64,000 bases of DNA. Source: an uncultured Clostridia bacterium (GTDB lineage: Bacteria > Bacillota > Dehalobacteriia > UBA4068). The notes under the pieces are model-generated. The model was not told the DNA's origin. It saw nothing but the letters and a program-made list of their open reading frames with translations, and did not search any database. The position numbers and the translations under genes are program-made. Position 1 is the first letter of the stretch. Each line of letters starts with the position of its first letter. The stretch is from contig CALXRV010000054.1 in assembly GCA_944390945.1 (NCBI GenBank), positions 2,542-66,541 on the forward strand. The letters run 5' to 3'. This document shows, one piece after another, positions 29,296 to 38,784 of the stretch.

Positions 29296-31464
29296 TCAGT
29301 CCACGCCCTGGATCACCTGCGACTCTTCCTGGAACTGTACAGTGATGATCGCGCCGGACTCAACAACAGAGCCTGCCGCCGGCGACTGCGAATAGGCGAT
29401 CCCACTACCCTGCGGAGACATCGAAAGTCCCATCGCAGAAAGCAGATTTGCTGCTTCTGCAAACCGTTTTCCGGTCAGACGCGGTACGGTAACATAAGTA
29501 ATCCCCGCATCGTTCGTGGTAACTCCGCCGGTATAGAGCTGTACCGTGCTGCCGCTTTCCACAAAGGTCAGGCTGGATGGCACCTGCGAGGTAACCAGCT
29601 GGCCATCCCCCTCCAGAGATACTTCCAGTCCAACCGATTCCAGCATGGCAACAGCGCTTTCCAGATCCAGATTGACCACATTCGGCACCTGCACCTGGAT
29701 ACTTTCCGTATCATCCGCTTCAATGCCATCATCCGCGTCTGCACTGGGCGCAATGCCGAGATAACGCAGCGTATCGGATACAACGGCCTTAAATACCGGC
29801 GCCGCGACCTGGGAACCATAATATACGCCGCTCGGCTCATCCACCACAACCAGGCAAACCAGTTCCGGGTCCTCAATGGGGACCATGCCAATAAACGATG
29901 CAACATATTTGCCATCTGCATAGCCGCCTGCTTCCGGCTTTTGCGCCGTACCGGTTTTGCCGCCGATGGTATAGCCCTCGATTGCCGCGTTTGCGCCGCC
30001 GCCGTCTGTCACCACATTGACCAGCAAAGCGCGCAGACGGGCAGCCGTGTCTTCGCTGATCACCTGCCGTACGACCACCGGCTCCTGCTCATAGATTACC
30101 GTCTGATCTTCGCTATCCATTACTTTGGAAACAATCTGCGGCTGCATCAGATAACCGCCGTTCGCTACTGCGCAGGCAGCAGTGATCATCTGCAATGGCG
30201 TCACAGAAATCCCCTGCCCGATAGCAGTCGTTGCCATTTCTACAGGTCCGCGCGCCGATTCGCTCTGCAACAGGCCTGTCGCTTCGCCATTCAATGCGAT
30301 TCCGGTTGTCTGGCCAAATCCAAACGCTTCGATATATTTATAAAAGAGTCCGCTTTCCTTTGCTTCAATGCTCTGTTCAATCGCGACAAAAGCCGGATTG
30401 CAGGAGTTGCCTACCGCCTCAGCCAGAGTCTGAGAACCATGCGCTACCGAAGCCCAGCAATGAATCTGCGCATCTGCCACCGAAATGTAGCCAGGGTCAT
30501 AAAAGGTGCTGCTTTCATCGATCGTCCCCTCTTCCAGGGCAACAGCGGCGGTAATGATTTTAAACGTAGAACCAGGCTCATAGGCATCGCTGACCAAGAA
30601 ATTACGCCAGGTGGAAGAATCATAAGCCTGGTAATCATTTGGATCAAAAGGATCCGTACAGGCCATAGCCAGGATCTCGCATGTATCCGGCCGCATGATG
30701 ATGATGCCCGCCTGCTTGGGTGGCGTTTCACTTTCCATCAGGGCCAGCAGCTCGCGTTCACAGAAATACTGGATGTTTTCATCGATCGTCAGGTAAACAT
30801 TATTTCCGTCTTCCGGCGGAATATAGGTCTCTTCCTCCTGCGGCAGCGGACGCTCCTCGCCATCGTATTTGCCAACGATGCTGCCATCCGTACCCTGCAG
30901 CCAGTTTTCCAGGGATAATTCAACGCCTTCCAACCCCTGATTATCTACGCCGGCGAACCCCAGCACATGCGCAGCCAGGGTCGTGCGCGGATAAAAACGC
31001 TGCGTTTCTTCTACCACCGTAATGCCAGGCAGATTCTCAAACTGAATCATCTCCGCCACTTCAAAATCCACTTTACGCTCGATCCAGACAAAACTGCTAT
31101 CCGAAGTGATCTTCTCGTAAATATCCACCTCGTCCCCGCCGAGCAGTTCTGCAAGTACACGAGCAGTTTCAGATGCAGGCTGATTGTTCTCCTTTTCCGC
31201 CTCTTTCACCACAGCAGGACGCGCTGCAATCGAATCTGCCGTAATGCTGATTGCCAGCTTGTTCCCATTGACATCATAAATCGTGCCGCGTGCTGCAGAA
31301 ACCGTCTGCTGGCGCGTGCGCGTTTCTTCTGCCCGCTGTTGCAGGGTATTGCCCTGAATGAATTGCAAAATGAACAACTTAACCACAATAGCGGCGAAAA
31401 ACAGCAGGATCAACGCGAGGATGACCGCCATTTTACGCCGCATGTTAATCTTGGGTGCCGCCAT
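29296..31464 (-). CDS. spoVD: class B penicillin-binding protein with two PASTA domains (SpoVD/PBP2B)
   Basis: RGTIYD, YEPGSTFK (SxxK), SCN (SxN), GKTGTAQ; C-terminal VPNVV and VPRLTG PASTA repeats. Confidence 0.88.
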   Translation of the reverse strand: MAAPKINMRRKMAVILALILLFFAAIVVKLFILQFIQGNTLQQRAEETRTRQQTVSAARGTIYDVNGNKLAISITADSIAARPAVVKEAEKENNQPASETARVLAELLGGDEVDIYEKITSDSSFVWIERKVDFEVAEMIQFENLPGITVVEETQRFYPRTTLAAHVLGFAGVDNQGLEGVELSLENWLQGTDGSIVGKYDGEERPLPQEEETYIPPEDGNNVYLTIDENIQYFCERELLALMESETPPKQAGIIIMRPDTCEILAMACTDPFDPNDYQAYDSSTWRNFLVSDAYEPGSTFKIITAAVALEEGTIDESSTFYDPGYISVADAQIHCWASVAHGSQTLAEAVGNSCNPAFVAIEQSIEAKESGLFYKYIEAFGFGQTTGIALNGEATGLLQSESARGPVEMATTAIGQGISVTPLQMITAACAVANGGYLMQPQIVSKVMDSEDQTVIYEQEPVVVRQVISEDTAARLRALLVNVVTDGGGANAAIEGYTIGGKTGTAQKPEAGGYADGKYVASFIGMVPIEDPELVCLVVVDEPSGVYYGSQVAAPVFKAVVSDTLRYLGIAPSADADDGIEADDTESIQVQVPNVVNLDLESAVAMLESVGLEVSLEGDGQLVTSQVPSSLTFVESGSTVQLYTGGVTTNDAGITYVTVPRLTGKRFAEAANLLSAMGLSMSPQGSGIAYSQSPAAGSVVESGAIITVQFQEESQVIQGVD

Positions 31465-31502
31465 ATATGTTGATCCGCCTTTCCGGGGCCGCCGCCCCTA
31501 GA

Positions 31503-32018
31503 TCAATCCGCTGCGAGCGCCGTATTGCCAAAGAAATTGCGGAACGATTCGCCCAGCGCCTGCCAGAATACATTCTCCTCTTCTTCCGGCGCAGCTTCTT
31601 CCGGCAAACTCTCCTCTCCGGCGCCTGCCAACACCAATGAGCTGCCTTCATCCAGAAAATAGAAATCGTTCACGCCGGGATAGACCATGCCCAGATTTTC
31701 CTTGGCATATGTCTCAATCCGCGCCAGCGAAGCTTTTTCCCCAATCGTCAAATCTGCAATCGCCGTCTGATTCTGAGTTTCTGCAATCTGCTCTTTTAAT
31801 GCATTGATCTCGCCGCCAGCTGTGGTAATCTTTGCCTCGGCGAACGTTAAACTAAGCAGATAAACGAGCACGGCTGCCACCGTCAGCGCCAGCTTTACCG
31901 CATCGCTGCGCCGCGCGTCCGCACGGGCGCGCGCCGCTGTACCATCCAACACCCGCAGCTTACGCAGCTCATATGACTGCGCTTCTTCGTGGACGAACGC
32001 TCTCTCCGTCATCGCCAT
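31503..32018 (-). CDS. ftsL: FtsL-like cell division protein
   Basis: One TM plus coiled coil and RIETYAKENLGM; lies between rsmH and the PBP. Confidence 0.75.
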   Translation of the reverse strand: MAMTERAFVHEEAQSYELRKLRVLDGTAARARADARRSDAVKLALTVAAVLVYLLSLTFAEAKITTAGGEINALKEQIAETQNQTAIADLTIGEKASLARIETYAKENLGMVYPGVNDFYFLDEGSSLVLAGAGEESLPEEAAPEEEENVFWQALGESFRNFFGNTALAAD

Positions 32019-32049
32019 TTTATGCTCATCCTCCTGCTCATAGAACTCT

Positions 32050-33015
32050 TTAACGTGTCTTTCCTGCACCAGGGGCCAGCCGGACAACCGCACGCAATCT
32101 TGCCGACCGGCTGCGTGGATTCTCTGCAAGCTCCTCTGCATCAGCAGTCAATGGTTTTCGATTGATCAGCTTGACCAAAGCCTGATGACCGCAAGTGCAA
32201 ACCGGTTGATGCGGCGGACAAATACATCCTGCAGCATGATAACGAAAGCGCTCCTTCACCATCCGGTCTTCCAGGGAATGAAACGTGATCACCGCCAGAA
32301 CACCACCTGGCGCCAACAATTCTACCGCTGCATCCAACCCCTGCTGCAATGCTTCCAGTTCGCCGTTTACCGCGATACGGATTGCCTGAAAAGTACGCTT
32401 TGCCGGGTGCTGATCCGCTTCGCGCGCGGCGCGTGGTATCGCGCGTCTGATAATATCCACCAGCTGGCCGGTCGTTACGATTGGCCGCTGCTGCCGCGCC
32501 TCTACAATAAAAGCGGCAATGCGCGCTGCCCATCTTTCTTCACCATAGGTATAAAGAATTTGCGTCAGTTCTTCCTGGCTGCGCGAATTGATCAGCTCCG
32601 CCGCACTTTCCCCACCACTTTGATCCATCCGCATATCAAGCGGCGCATCCTGCTGATAGGAAAATCCACGTCCTGCTTCATCCAGCTGGTGACTGGAAAC
32701 ACCGATATCCAACAAAATCCCATCTGCAGCAGTAATCCCGGCTGCCGCTGCCAACGCTGCCATGTTCGCGTAATTGCCATGCACCAAGCAAAAGCGACCG
32801 GCAAAAGGCTGCAAATGCGCCTCTGCCGCGGCAAGCGCCTCCTGGTCACGGTCAATTCCAAACAGAAAACCATCCGGCGCGCTCGCCGCCAAAAGCAAAG
32901 CAGCATGTCCGGCACCGCCCAATGTCCCATCAACGTAGATGCCGCCCGTATGTGGCTGCAGCACGGTAAGCACCTGCCGCGTCAATACCGGAACATGATG
33001 AAAGCTCTCTGTCAT
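32050..33015 (-). CDS. rsmH: 16S rRNA m4C1402 methyltransferase
   Basis: HVPVL, DGTLGGAGH, DIGVSSHQLD..RGFSY, FHSLEDR, NPRSRSARLR; ATGA overlap with mraZ. Confidence 0.98.
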   Translation of the reverse strand: MTESFHHVPVLTRQVLTVLQPHTGGIYVDGTLGGAGHAALLLAASAPDGFLFGIDRDQEALAAAEAHLQPFAGRFCLVHGNYANMAALAAAAGITAADGILLDIGVSSHQLDEAGRGFSYQQDAPLDMRMDQSGGESAAELINSRSQEELTQILYTYGEERWAARIAAFIVEARQQRPIVTTGQLVDIIRRAIPRAAREADQHPAKRTFQAIRIAVNGELEALQQGLDAAVELLAPGGVLAVITFHSLEDRMVKERFRYHAAGCICPPHQPVCTCGHQALVKLINRKPLTADAEELAENPRSRSARLRAVVRLAPGAGKTR

Positions 33016-33443
33016 AACACCATACCCGCCAGTACAGCGCGCTTTTTCTCCGCCGGCACCTGTGTCTGCTGCCGATAGTCTTCCCACGCCTGCTTATCCC
33101 ATATCTCGAGCCGCGTCCCCATGCCGACGGTGATGATATCCTTTTCCAGACCGGCATATTCGCGTAGAATAGGAGGCAGGACAATACGGAACTGCTTATC
33201 GATCTCTAAGTCATATGCAGTGGAGAAAAAATCTCGTTTGAAGCAAAGCGTCGCTTCATCGTCCGCCGGCAAAGCGGCCAAGGCACTGGCCACCACTTCC
33301 CACTGCTCTAAGGTGAAAATAAACAGACAGCCGCTCACTCCCTCGGTGACGATAAATTTCTCACCCAGATCTGCGCGGTAGCGGGACGGTACAATATAGC
33401 GACCCTTCGAGTCGATGGAGTGCGTAACACTGCCGATCAACAT
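33012..33443 (-). CDS. mraZ: dcw cluster regulator MraZ
   Basis: 143 aa; HSIDSKGRYIVP and IDKQFRIVLP repeats. Confidence 0.96.
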   Translation of the reverse strand: MLIGSVTHSIDSKGRYIVPSRYRADLGEKFIVTEGVSGCLFIFTLEQWEVVASALAALPADDEATLCFKRDFFSTAYDLEIDKQFRIVLPPILREYAGLEKDIITVGMGTRLEIWDKQAWEDYRQQTQVPAEKKRAVLAGMVL

Positions 33444-33458
33444 CCTACTTCTATTTAC

Positions 33459-33474
33459 CTCCATTTTACTCCAC
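33459..33474 (-). promoter_or_regulatory. MraZ-binding repeats
   Basis: GTGGAG and ATGGAG with 10-bp periodicity just upstream of mraZ. Confidence 0.6.
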
Positions 33475-33634
33475 TTGACTATTTTATTTCTTGATTGGGC
33501 CTCCATTTCCTTTTTTCACTTTAAGATTTTTTATGATTTTTTCTGCAAAAGTGCTGTTCACAGGCCATAAAAAAGCAGCCACCAAATATGGTAGCCGCTG
33601 CAATTCCCACCACAAAATATGCATGAAAAAACTT

Positions 33635-34198
33635 CTATTTTCTGTGCCGCCCCCGGAAGAGCCAGAAAAAGAATAACACCACCAGGATAGCAATAATAAC
33701 ATATTCACCGTAACGCAAACTACTTAAGGCAAGCACGCTACTGGCAACCAAACTGACTAAAATACCCGCAATGATCTCGCCTAATGTAATCGCAGCCAAA
33801 GACGGCCAAAATGGCAATGCCAACAATGTCGCAACCAAGCAACCGGTCCAAACGCCCGTGCCAGGCAATGGTACCGCCACCAGCAACATCAACCCCAGCC
33901 AACCATAGCGCCGCACCTTTTCTTCATTTCGCGCACCATAGCCTGCCAGCCAGCGCAGCGGCCGGGAAAAAAACGGATGCCGCATTAAATGCCGGTATCC
34001 CCAGCCCAAGACAAGCAACAACGGCACCACAGGAACAAAATTCCCCGCCACTGCCCACAGGAAAACCTCCAGCGGAGGCATGCCCCAGGCTATGCCCAGT
34101 ACGATCGCACCACGCAGCTCTGTAACCGGTAGCATGGAAAGTAAAAATACCTGCCAGCCAACCGGCATTTCCGCTAGATCCGCAATCCACGCTTCCAT
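33635..34198 (-). CDS. COG2426 family membrane protein (putative small multidrug export protein)
   Basis: SMLPVTELRGAI and VAVPLPGTGVWTG motifs. Confidence 0.9.
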   Translation of the reverse strand: MEAWIADLAEMPVGWQVFLLSMLPVTELRGAIVLGIAWGMPPLEVFLWAVAGNFVPVVPLLLVLGWGYRHLMRHPFFSRPLRWLAGYGARNEEKVRRYGWLGLMLLVAVPLPGTGVWTGCLVATLLALPFWPSLAAITLGEIIAGILVSLVASSVLALSSLRYGEYVIIAILVVLFFFWLFRGRHRK

Positions 34199-34279
34199 GC
34201 AACCGTACCCTCCTCGGGCATTTTCTATCATACTATGTCGCCGGGCTACAGCCTATACCCGTTGGAAAACCACCGATGA

Positions 34280-34310
34280 AAAACGGAACGCCACCTGGCG
34301 TTCCGTTTCT
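34280..34310 (-). terminator. terminator after the TPR gene
   Basis: AAACGGAACGCCA/TGGCGTTCCGTTT inverted repeat with a minus-strand U-tract. Confidence 0.8.
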
Positions 34311-34333
34311 GCTCCGGTTGATAGCGCGCCGGG

Positions 34334-35209
34334 TTATTCGCCCTCGGCTTCATCTTCCACAGCCGAAGTTTCTGCATTATCGGTTATCGCTGTGGCATCT
34401 GTTTCTTCTTCCGTTGCGGCGTCCTCAGACACGCTGTCTTCATCCACCGCGTCACCTTCTGTGCCAGCCTCTTCTGTGCCGGATTCCGTAGTGCTATCCT
34501 CCAAAGCGCGCGTATAAGAATCCATCAGTTGGTAATAGGCAAGCTGCTGCGAAAGCGCCGCATATTCTTCGCTTTCCGCATCCATTGCATCCAGCTTTTC
34601 CGTTAAATAAGTATTGACTGCATCAAATCCTTCGAAACCATAAAGGTAATTCGCATAAGTCGAGATGACAGTGGCATTATCTGGAGCCAGGGCAAGCGCC
34701 TGATCCAGCGATGCTTTTGTCGCCTCCTGATCCGCGGCGTAAAGCTGCGCAGAAGCCAGCTCCGCATAAAGCTGTGCCCGGCCCTCATCATTCATGGTAT
34801 CCGGCGCCTGTGCCAAAGCCTGCCCATAATAAGCGATCGCCTTCTCCACTGCCGACTCGGCTTGCGTAGCATATGCTTCCGCTTCAGCCTGCTCCTCCTC
34901 TGTCTCGGCATACAGCGCCTCCTGATAAGCACCGGCGCAGGCCGTACGCAAGGCCAAATAATAACCGGCTAAGGAATATGCTGTTGCATAATCTGCTTCT
35001 TCTACCGTGGCCGGCTCATTTTCTGCCAGATAGCTCTCATAAAGTTCGATCTGTTCGGCATAAGTCAAATCCTGTGAGGTATTGCCCTGGACGTTTTCAG
35101 AATTCCAAACGGCAAAGGAACCGACCAGACCAACCATCAACAGAATCACAACGATCGTCAAAACCTTCCGATGTTTTTTCGTCGCGCGACGAATCCGCTG
35201 CATGAACAC
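34334..35209 (-). CDS. membrane-anchored acidic TPR-like protein
   Basis: Basic N-terminus plus TM; A..YYGQAL.QAPD and LDQALALAPDN TPR-like motifs; D/E/T-rich tail. Confidence 0.75.
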   Translation of the reverse strand: MFMQRIRRATKKHRKVLTIVVILLMVGLVGSFAVWNSENVQGNTSQDLTYAEQIELYESYLAENEPATVEEADYATAYSLAGYYLALRTACAGAYQEALYAETEEEQAEAEAYATQAESAVEKAIAYYGQALAQAPDTMNDEGRAQLYAELASAQLYAADQEATKASLDQALALAPDNATVISTYANYLYGFEGFDAVNTYLTEKLDAMDAESEEYAALSQQLAYYQLMDSYTRALEDSTTESGTEEAGTEGDAVDEDSVSEDAATEEETDATAITDNAETSAVEDEAEGE

Positions 35210-35279
35210 TATTACTTCCTCCTGGCGCCAGATATTTTCTCATGGGAGTCACCCGTAAATGCAATTATATCACAAAATT

Positions 35280-35669
35280 TCAACTAAGGCAATCCCTGCA
35301 AATGCCATAGCATTCCAGACGATGCGAATGAACAGCACCTGGTGCGGCAGCCAACACCTCTTCACTTACCAGTGGTGCGTCCGGGGCAAAATCCAGCACA
35401 CGGCCGCATTTTGTGCAGACAAAATGATAATGCGGCGCAGGGTTCCCGTCAAAGCGGCTCTGGCTTTTGCCGTAATTCAGTTCCTGAATCTTACCATCCT
35501 CCAGCAAAATCTGCAGATTGCGATATACCGTGCCCAAGCTGATATCCGGTACCTGCTTTTTGGCCTCGGCATGAATCCAATCCGCGGTCGGATGCGTCTT
35601 CGTATTGCACAGCACCTCGTAGATTACGCGTTTTTGTTTTGTCATCCGCTTTTGCTTTACTTCGCTCAT
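35280..35669 (-). CDS. Fur family regulator (PerR-like)
   Basis: HPTAD, ISLGTVYRNL, RFD, HYHFVCTKC, GICRDC. Confidence 0.93.
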   Translation of the reverse strand: MSEVKQKRMTKQKRVIYEVLCNTKTHPTADWIHAEAKKQVPDISLGTVYRNLQILLEDGKIQELNYGKSQSRFDGNPAPHYHFVCTKCGRVLDFAPDAPLVSEEVLAAAPGAVHSHRLECYGICRDCLS

Positions 35670-35687
35670 CTCAACCTCCGCAATTCA

Positions 35688-36116
35688 TCAATTCAAGCGA
35701 ATATCCCGCCTGGGCTGCATCTCCTGCGCCTCTTCCATTGTCATGCCCAAATCCAGCTTATCACTGAATACTGCTTCTACGTCAGCGATCAGCCGAAAAA
35801 GACGCCCTTCGGCAAACAGGTATTCGCTGATGCTTGGCTCCTGCGCCAACAGGAGATACATATTTTCAAACTCGCTATATTCTTCACTAAAATCCAGTTC
35901 ATCCCCAAGCAAGGACGCCATGCGCATGGACATCTGCCGCTGCCGCAATTCAGCCAGGATATCCGCATTTTCACCATCCGCTTCCAGACGGCGGCGTGCG
36001 GCAAGAAACTGGATGTACTCAGGAGATTGGCAAAGCAGCTCTGCCAATTTTCCCGCCTGCAGACGGATCAGCTGACGATGATCCATATCGCCCGCCATAT
36101 GTTTTTTCTCTACCAT
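35688..36116 (-). CDS. YlbF/YmcA/YheA family regulator
   Basis: A.KLAELL.QSPEY..F...RRL and P.ISEYL.AE.RL pattern. Confidence 0.8.
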   Translation of the reverse strand: MVEKKHMAGDMDHRQLIRLQAGKLAELLCQSPEYIQFLAARRRLEADGENADILAELRQRQMSMRMASLLGDELDFSEEYSEFENMYLLLAQEPSISEYLFAEGRLFRLIADVEAVFSDKLDLGMTMEEAQEMQPRRDIRLN

Positions 36117-36224
36117 AATATCACCTTATATCATTTTTGGCAATGTTAATGATTCTTTTTCTTTTTAAGAAGATACGTGAACAGCTATAGATTCGCCAGG
36201 GTATATTCTTTCCCTTTCAGATTA

Positions 36225-36231
36225 TGTCGAA
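36225..36231 (+). promoter_or_regulatory. candidate Spo0A box
   Basis: TGTCGAA in the divergent ylbF-like/LysM intergenic region; a 7-mer can occur by chance. Confidence 0.35.
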
Positions 36232-36343
36232 AATTTTCTTCCAAATGTTCCATCCTAATGCCGCCTGCAGTCAAGCACCGTGCACCACTTTGCGGAATAC
36301 ACTCTTAGCATAAAGAGAAGCCATCGACCGAGGAGGAGCAACC

Positions 36344-36787
36344 ATGATCATCTATACGATACAAAAAGGCGACAGTCTGTGGAAAATCGCCCGCCACTAC
36401 CGGATCAGTCTCGACGCATTGCTGGCTGCAAACCCGGATATTACCGATCCCAACTACATCATGATCGGACAACAGATCAACGTTCCGGAGCTGTGGAACC
36501 CTGCCGGCCCCGTCATGCCAGAGCCAGAAGCGGAAGAGCATCCGACCTACCCCAGCTGCGAAGCAGATCCATCGGTTCGTCCCTGCATCTACACCGCGCA
36601 CGAAGGAGATACTCTGGAAATGATCGGCCATGTATTCATGGTGCCGCTTTCCCGCCTGCTGTACTATAATCTGCGTTATGCTAAAAATGAGGCGTTGGCT
36701 GAGGGCACGCGCATCGTCATCCCAGAATCCGAAATCATGCCGGTCTACCCGGGAAATACGATTAGCCGTCAAGCGCGCCGGCGCTGA
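36344..36787 (+). CDS. LysM-domain protein (SafA/ExsA-like spore protein)
   Basis: YTIQKGDSLWKIA...LLAANPDITDPNYIMIGQQINVP plus a second degenerate LysM; SD GAGGAGG. Confidence 0.85.
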   Translation: MIIYTIQKGDSLWKIARHYRISLDALLAANPDITDPNYIMIGQQINVPELWNPAGPVMPEPEAEEHPTYPSCEADPSVRPCIYTAHEGDTLEMIGHVFMVPLSRLLYYNLRYAKNEALAEGTRIVIPESEIMPVYPGNTISRQARRR

Positions 36788-36820
36788 TACCGGCCCAAAT
36801 TGCGGCACTTCACTATAATG

Positions 36821-36855
36821 AAAAAAGCAGCCGCCCCGCAGGACGGCTGCTTTCC
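36821..36855. terminator. terminator between convergent genes
   Basis: AAAGCAGCCG...CGGCTGCTTT inverted repeat. Confidence 0.75.
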
Positions 36856-36865
36856 AGGTGACGCT

Positions 36866-37066
36866 TTATGCTCCAGCTGCTTCGTTGATCGCAGCCATCA
36901 AAGCTTCCACATCAATGCCATGCGCGGCAGCGCCCTCGCCAATGCTCTCGAAATGCGCAGCAGCGCAACCGAGGCAACCCATGCCATGCTCCATCAGGAT
37001 CTGCGCGGCCTGCGGGAATTTCTCTACGACTTCCATGATACCCATATCAGCGGTAAATTTTTCCAT
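36866..37066 (-). CDS. DUF1858 domain protein
   Basis: FTADMGIMEVV..FP......GMGCLGCAAAHFESIGEGAAAHGID; SD CAGGAGG. Confidence 0.92.
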   Translation of the reverse strand: MEKFTADMGIMEVVEKFPQAAQILMEHGMGCLGCAAAHFESIGEGAAAHGIDVEALMAAINEAAGA

Positions 37067-37216
37067 CTTTATCCCTCCTGTGCAAAAGAATCGAAACATC
37101 TCTATTGTTCCATATTCAGTATAACATAAACCCATGGAATAGCAACAAAAAAATCGATCGCTGAAAACCCGGTCAATTTTTCACAAACGTCCGTATTCAT
37201 CACATCCACGCAAGTG

Positions 37217-37248
37217 AAAAGCAGGGGCGGCAATAGCCGCCCCTGCTG
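37217..37248 (-). terminator. terminator of gdhA
   Basis: AGCAGGGGCGGC-aata-GCCGCCCCTGCT with a minus-strand U-tract. Confidence 0.85.
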
Positions 37249-37265
37249 AACCATTCGTCGCGTGA

Positions 37266-38615
37266 TTACACGATACCCTGCGCGATCATGGCTTCCGCCA
37301 CTTTCACGAAGCCGCCGATATTGGCGCCATTGACATAGTTAACCGTACCATCCGGCTTTTTGCCGTATTCCACGCAGGTCTCATGAATATTGAACATAAC
37401 CTGCTGCAGCTTGCCGATGACTTCTTCCTTGGTCCAGGAATAACGCTCGCTGTTCTGCGACATTTCCATACCGGAAACTGCCACGCCACCGGCGTTGGAA
37501 GCTTTGCCCGGCGAGAAGAGAATGCCCGCATCGTGGAAGATCTCGATTGCTTCCAGGGTGGAAGGCATGTTGGCACCTTCGACAACCGCTTTGCAGCCGT
37601 TGTTGAGCAAGCGTTTGGCATCTTCGCCATCCAACTCGTTCTGTGTTGCGGTCGGGCAGGCCACATCGCAAGGAACTTCCCAGGCACGATGGCCTTCGCG
37701 ATATTCGAAGCCATATTTTTCTGCGAAATCTTTGATCGGACGACGATAAACCGCCCACAGGGGTTTGAGGAATTCCAGATGTTCTTCCGTGATGCCGGAA
37801 GGAACATAGACGAAACCGAAGGGGTCTGCAACCGTAACGCATTTGCCGCCCATGCGGTTGACGTTTTCAATCAGGTAGCAACCGACATTACCAGCACCGG
37901 AAAGCGCAACCGTCTTGCCTTCAATGCCGCCCAGGCCGGCACGTTTCAGCATATGATCTGCGAAATAGATCACGCCGTAACCAGTGGCTTCCGTACGGCC
38001 CAAGCTACCGCCAAACTGCAGGCCCTTACCGGTGAGGACGCCTTCATAGCGATTAACGAGTTTTTTGTACTGACCGAACATATAACCGATCTCGCGACCG
38101 CCCACGCCAAGGTCACCAGCGGGAACGTCAGTATCCGGACCGATATGACGGAACAGCTCGCTGATGAAAGCCTGGCAGAAACGCATGACTTCAGCATCAG
38201 ATTTGCCAACGCCGTCAAAATCAGCGCCGCCCTTGCCGCCGCCCATCGGCAGGCCGGTCAGCGAGTTTTTGAAGGTCTGTTCAAAGCCGAGGAACTTCAG
38301 CGTGCCGAGCGTGACCTTCGGCGAGAAGCGGCAACCGCCCTTGTACGGACCAATCGCGCTATTGAACTGAACACGATAACCGCGGTTCACCTGAACCTGG
38401 CCCTGGTCATCCACCCACGGCACACGGAAGGAGACGACGCGCTCCGGCTCGACCATTCTTTCAAGCAGGGCGTCCTTCTGATAGCGCGGATTTGCATCCA
38501 CGAAGGGAGCCAGCGAAGAGATAACCTCCTGCACCGCCTGATGGAATTCCGGCTCGGCCGGGTTTTTTGCGATGACCCTTTCCATAAACTTGCTGACATC
38601 AAAAGACATGCGCAT
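37266..38615 (-). CDS. gdhA: glutamate dehydrogenase (GdhA, probably NADP-specific)
   Basis: GPYKGG, LPMGGGKGG, DVPAGD, RTEATGYG, EGANMP, PGKASNAGGVAVS. Confidence 0.97.
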   Translation of the reverse strand: MRMSFDVSKFMERVIAKNPAEPEFHQAVQEVISSLAPFVDANPRYQKDALLERMVEPERVVSFRVPWVDDQGQVQVNRGYRVQFNSAIGPYKGGCRFSPKVTLGTLKFLGFEQTFKNSLTGLPMGGGKGGADFDGVGKSDAEVMRFCQAFISELFRHIGPDTDVPAGDLGVGGREIGYMFGQYKKLVNRYEGVLTGKGLQFGGSLGRTEATGYGVIYFADHMLKRAGLGGIEGKTVALSGAGNVGCYLIENVNRMGGKCVTVADPFGFVYVPSGITEEHLEFLKPLWAVYRRPIKDFAEKYGFEYREGHRAWEVPCDVACPTATQNELDGEDAKRLLNNGCKAVVEGANMPSTLEAIEIFHDAGILFSPGKASNAGGVAVSGMEMSQNSERYSWTKEEVIGKLQQVMFNIHETCVEYGKKPDGTVNYVNGANIGGFVKVAEAMIAQGIV

Positions 38616-38700
38616 ACCTCCTTAATATAATCCCATATGTAAGTACACATGAGTAAACCCAAACATGCCAAACAGGCGCACATATGCACCCCACAACTAA

Positions 38701-38743
38701 ATTTTACTCTCAATCCCCAACAAATACAAGGGTTTTGAAAATT
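38701..38743 (-). promoter_or_regulatory. gdhA SigA promoter with adjacent weak CodY-like site
   Basis: TTGTAT-N17-TAAAAT; AATTTTCAAAACCCT abuts the -35 (4 mismatches to AATTTTCWGAAAATT). Confidence 0.5.
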
Positions 38744-38784
38744 AACGCAGTAATCTGACTATTTGTATTTCCCCTGCAAACCCT

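Noticed and set aside
29287-30918. 543-aa plus-strand ORF
   Set aside because: Antisense shadow of the PBP gene.
37383-38630. 415-aa ORF antisense to gdhA
   Set aside because: Typical shadow frame of a strongly codon-biased gene; no independent expression signals.
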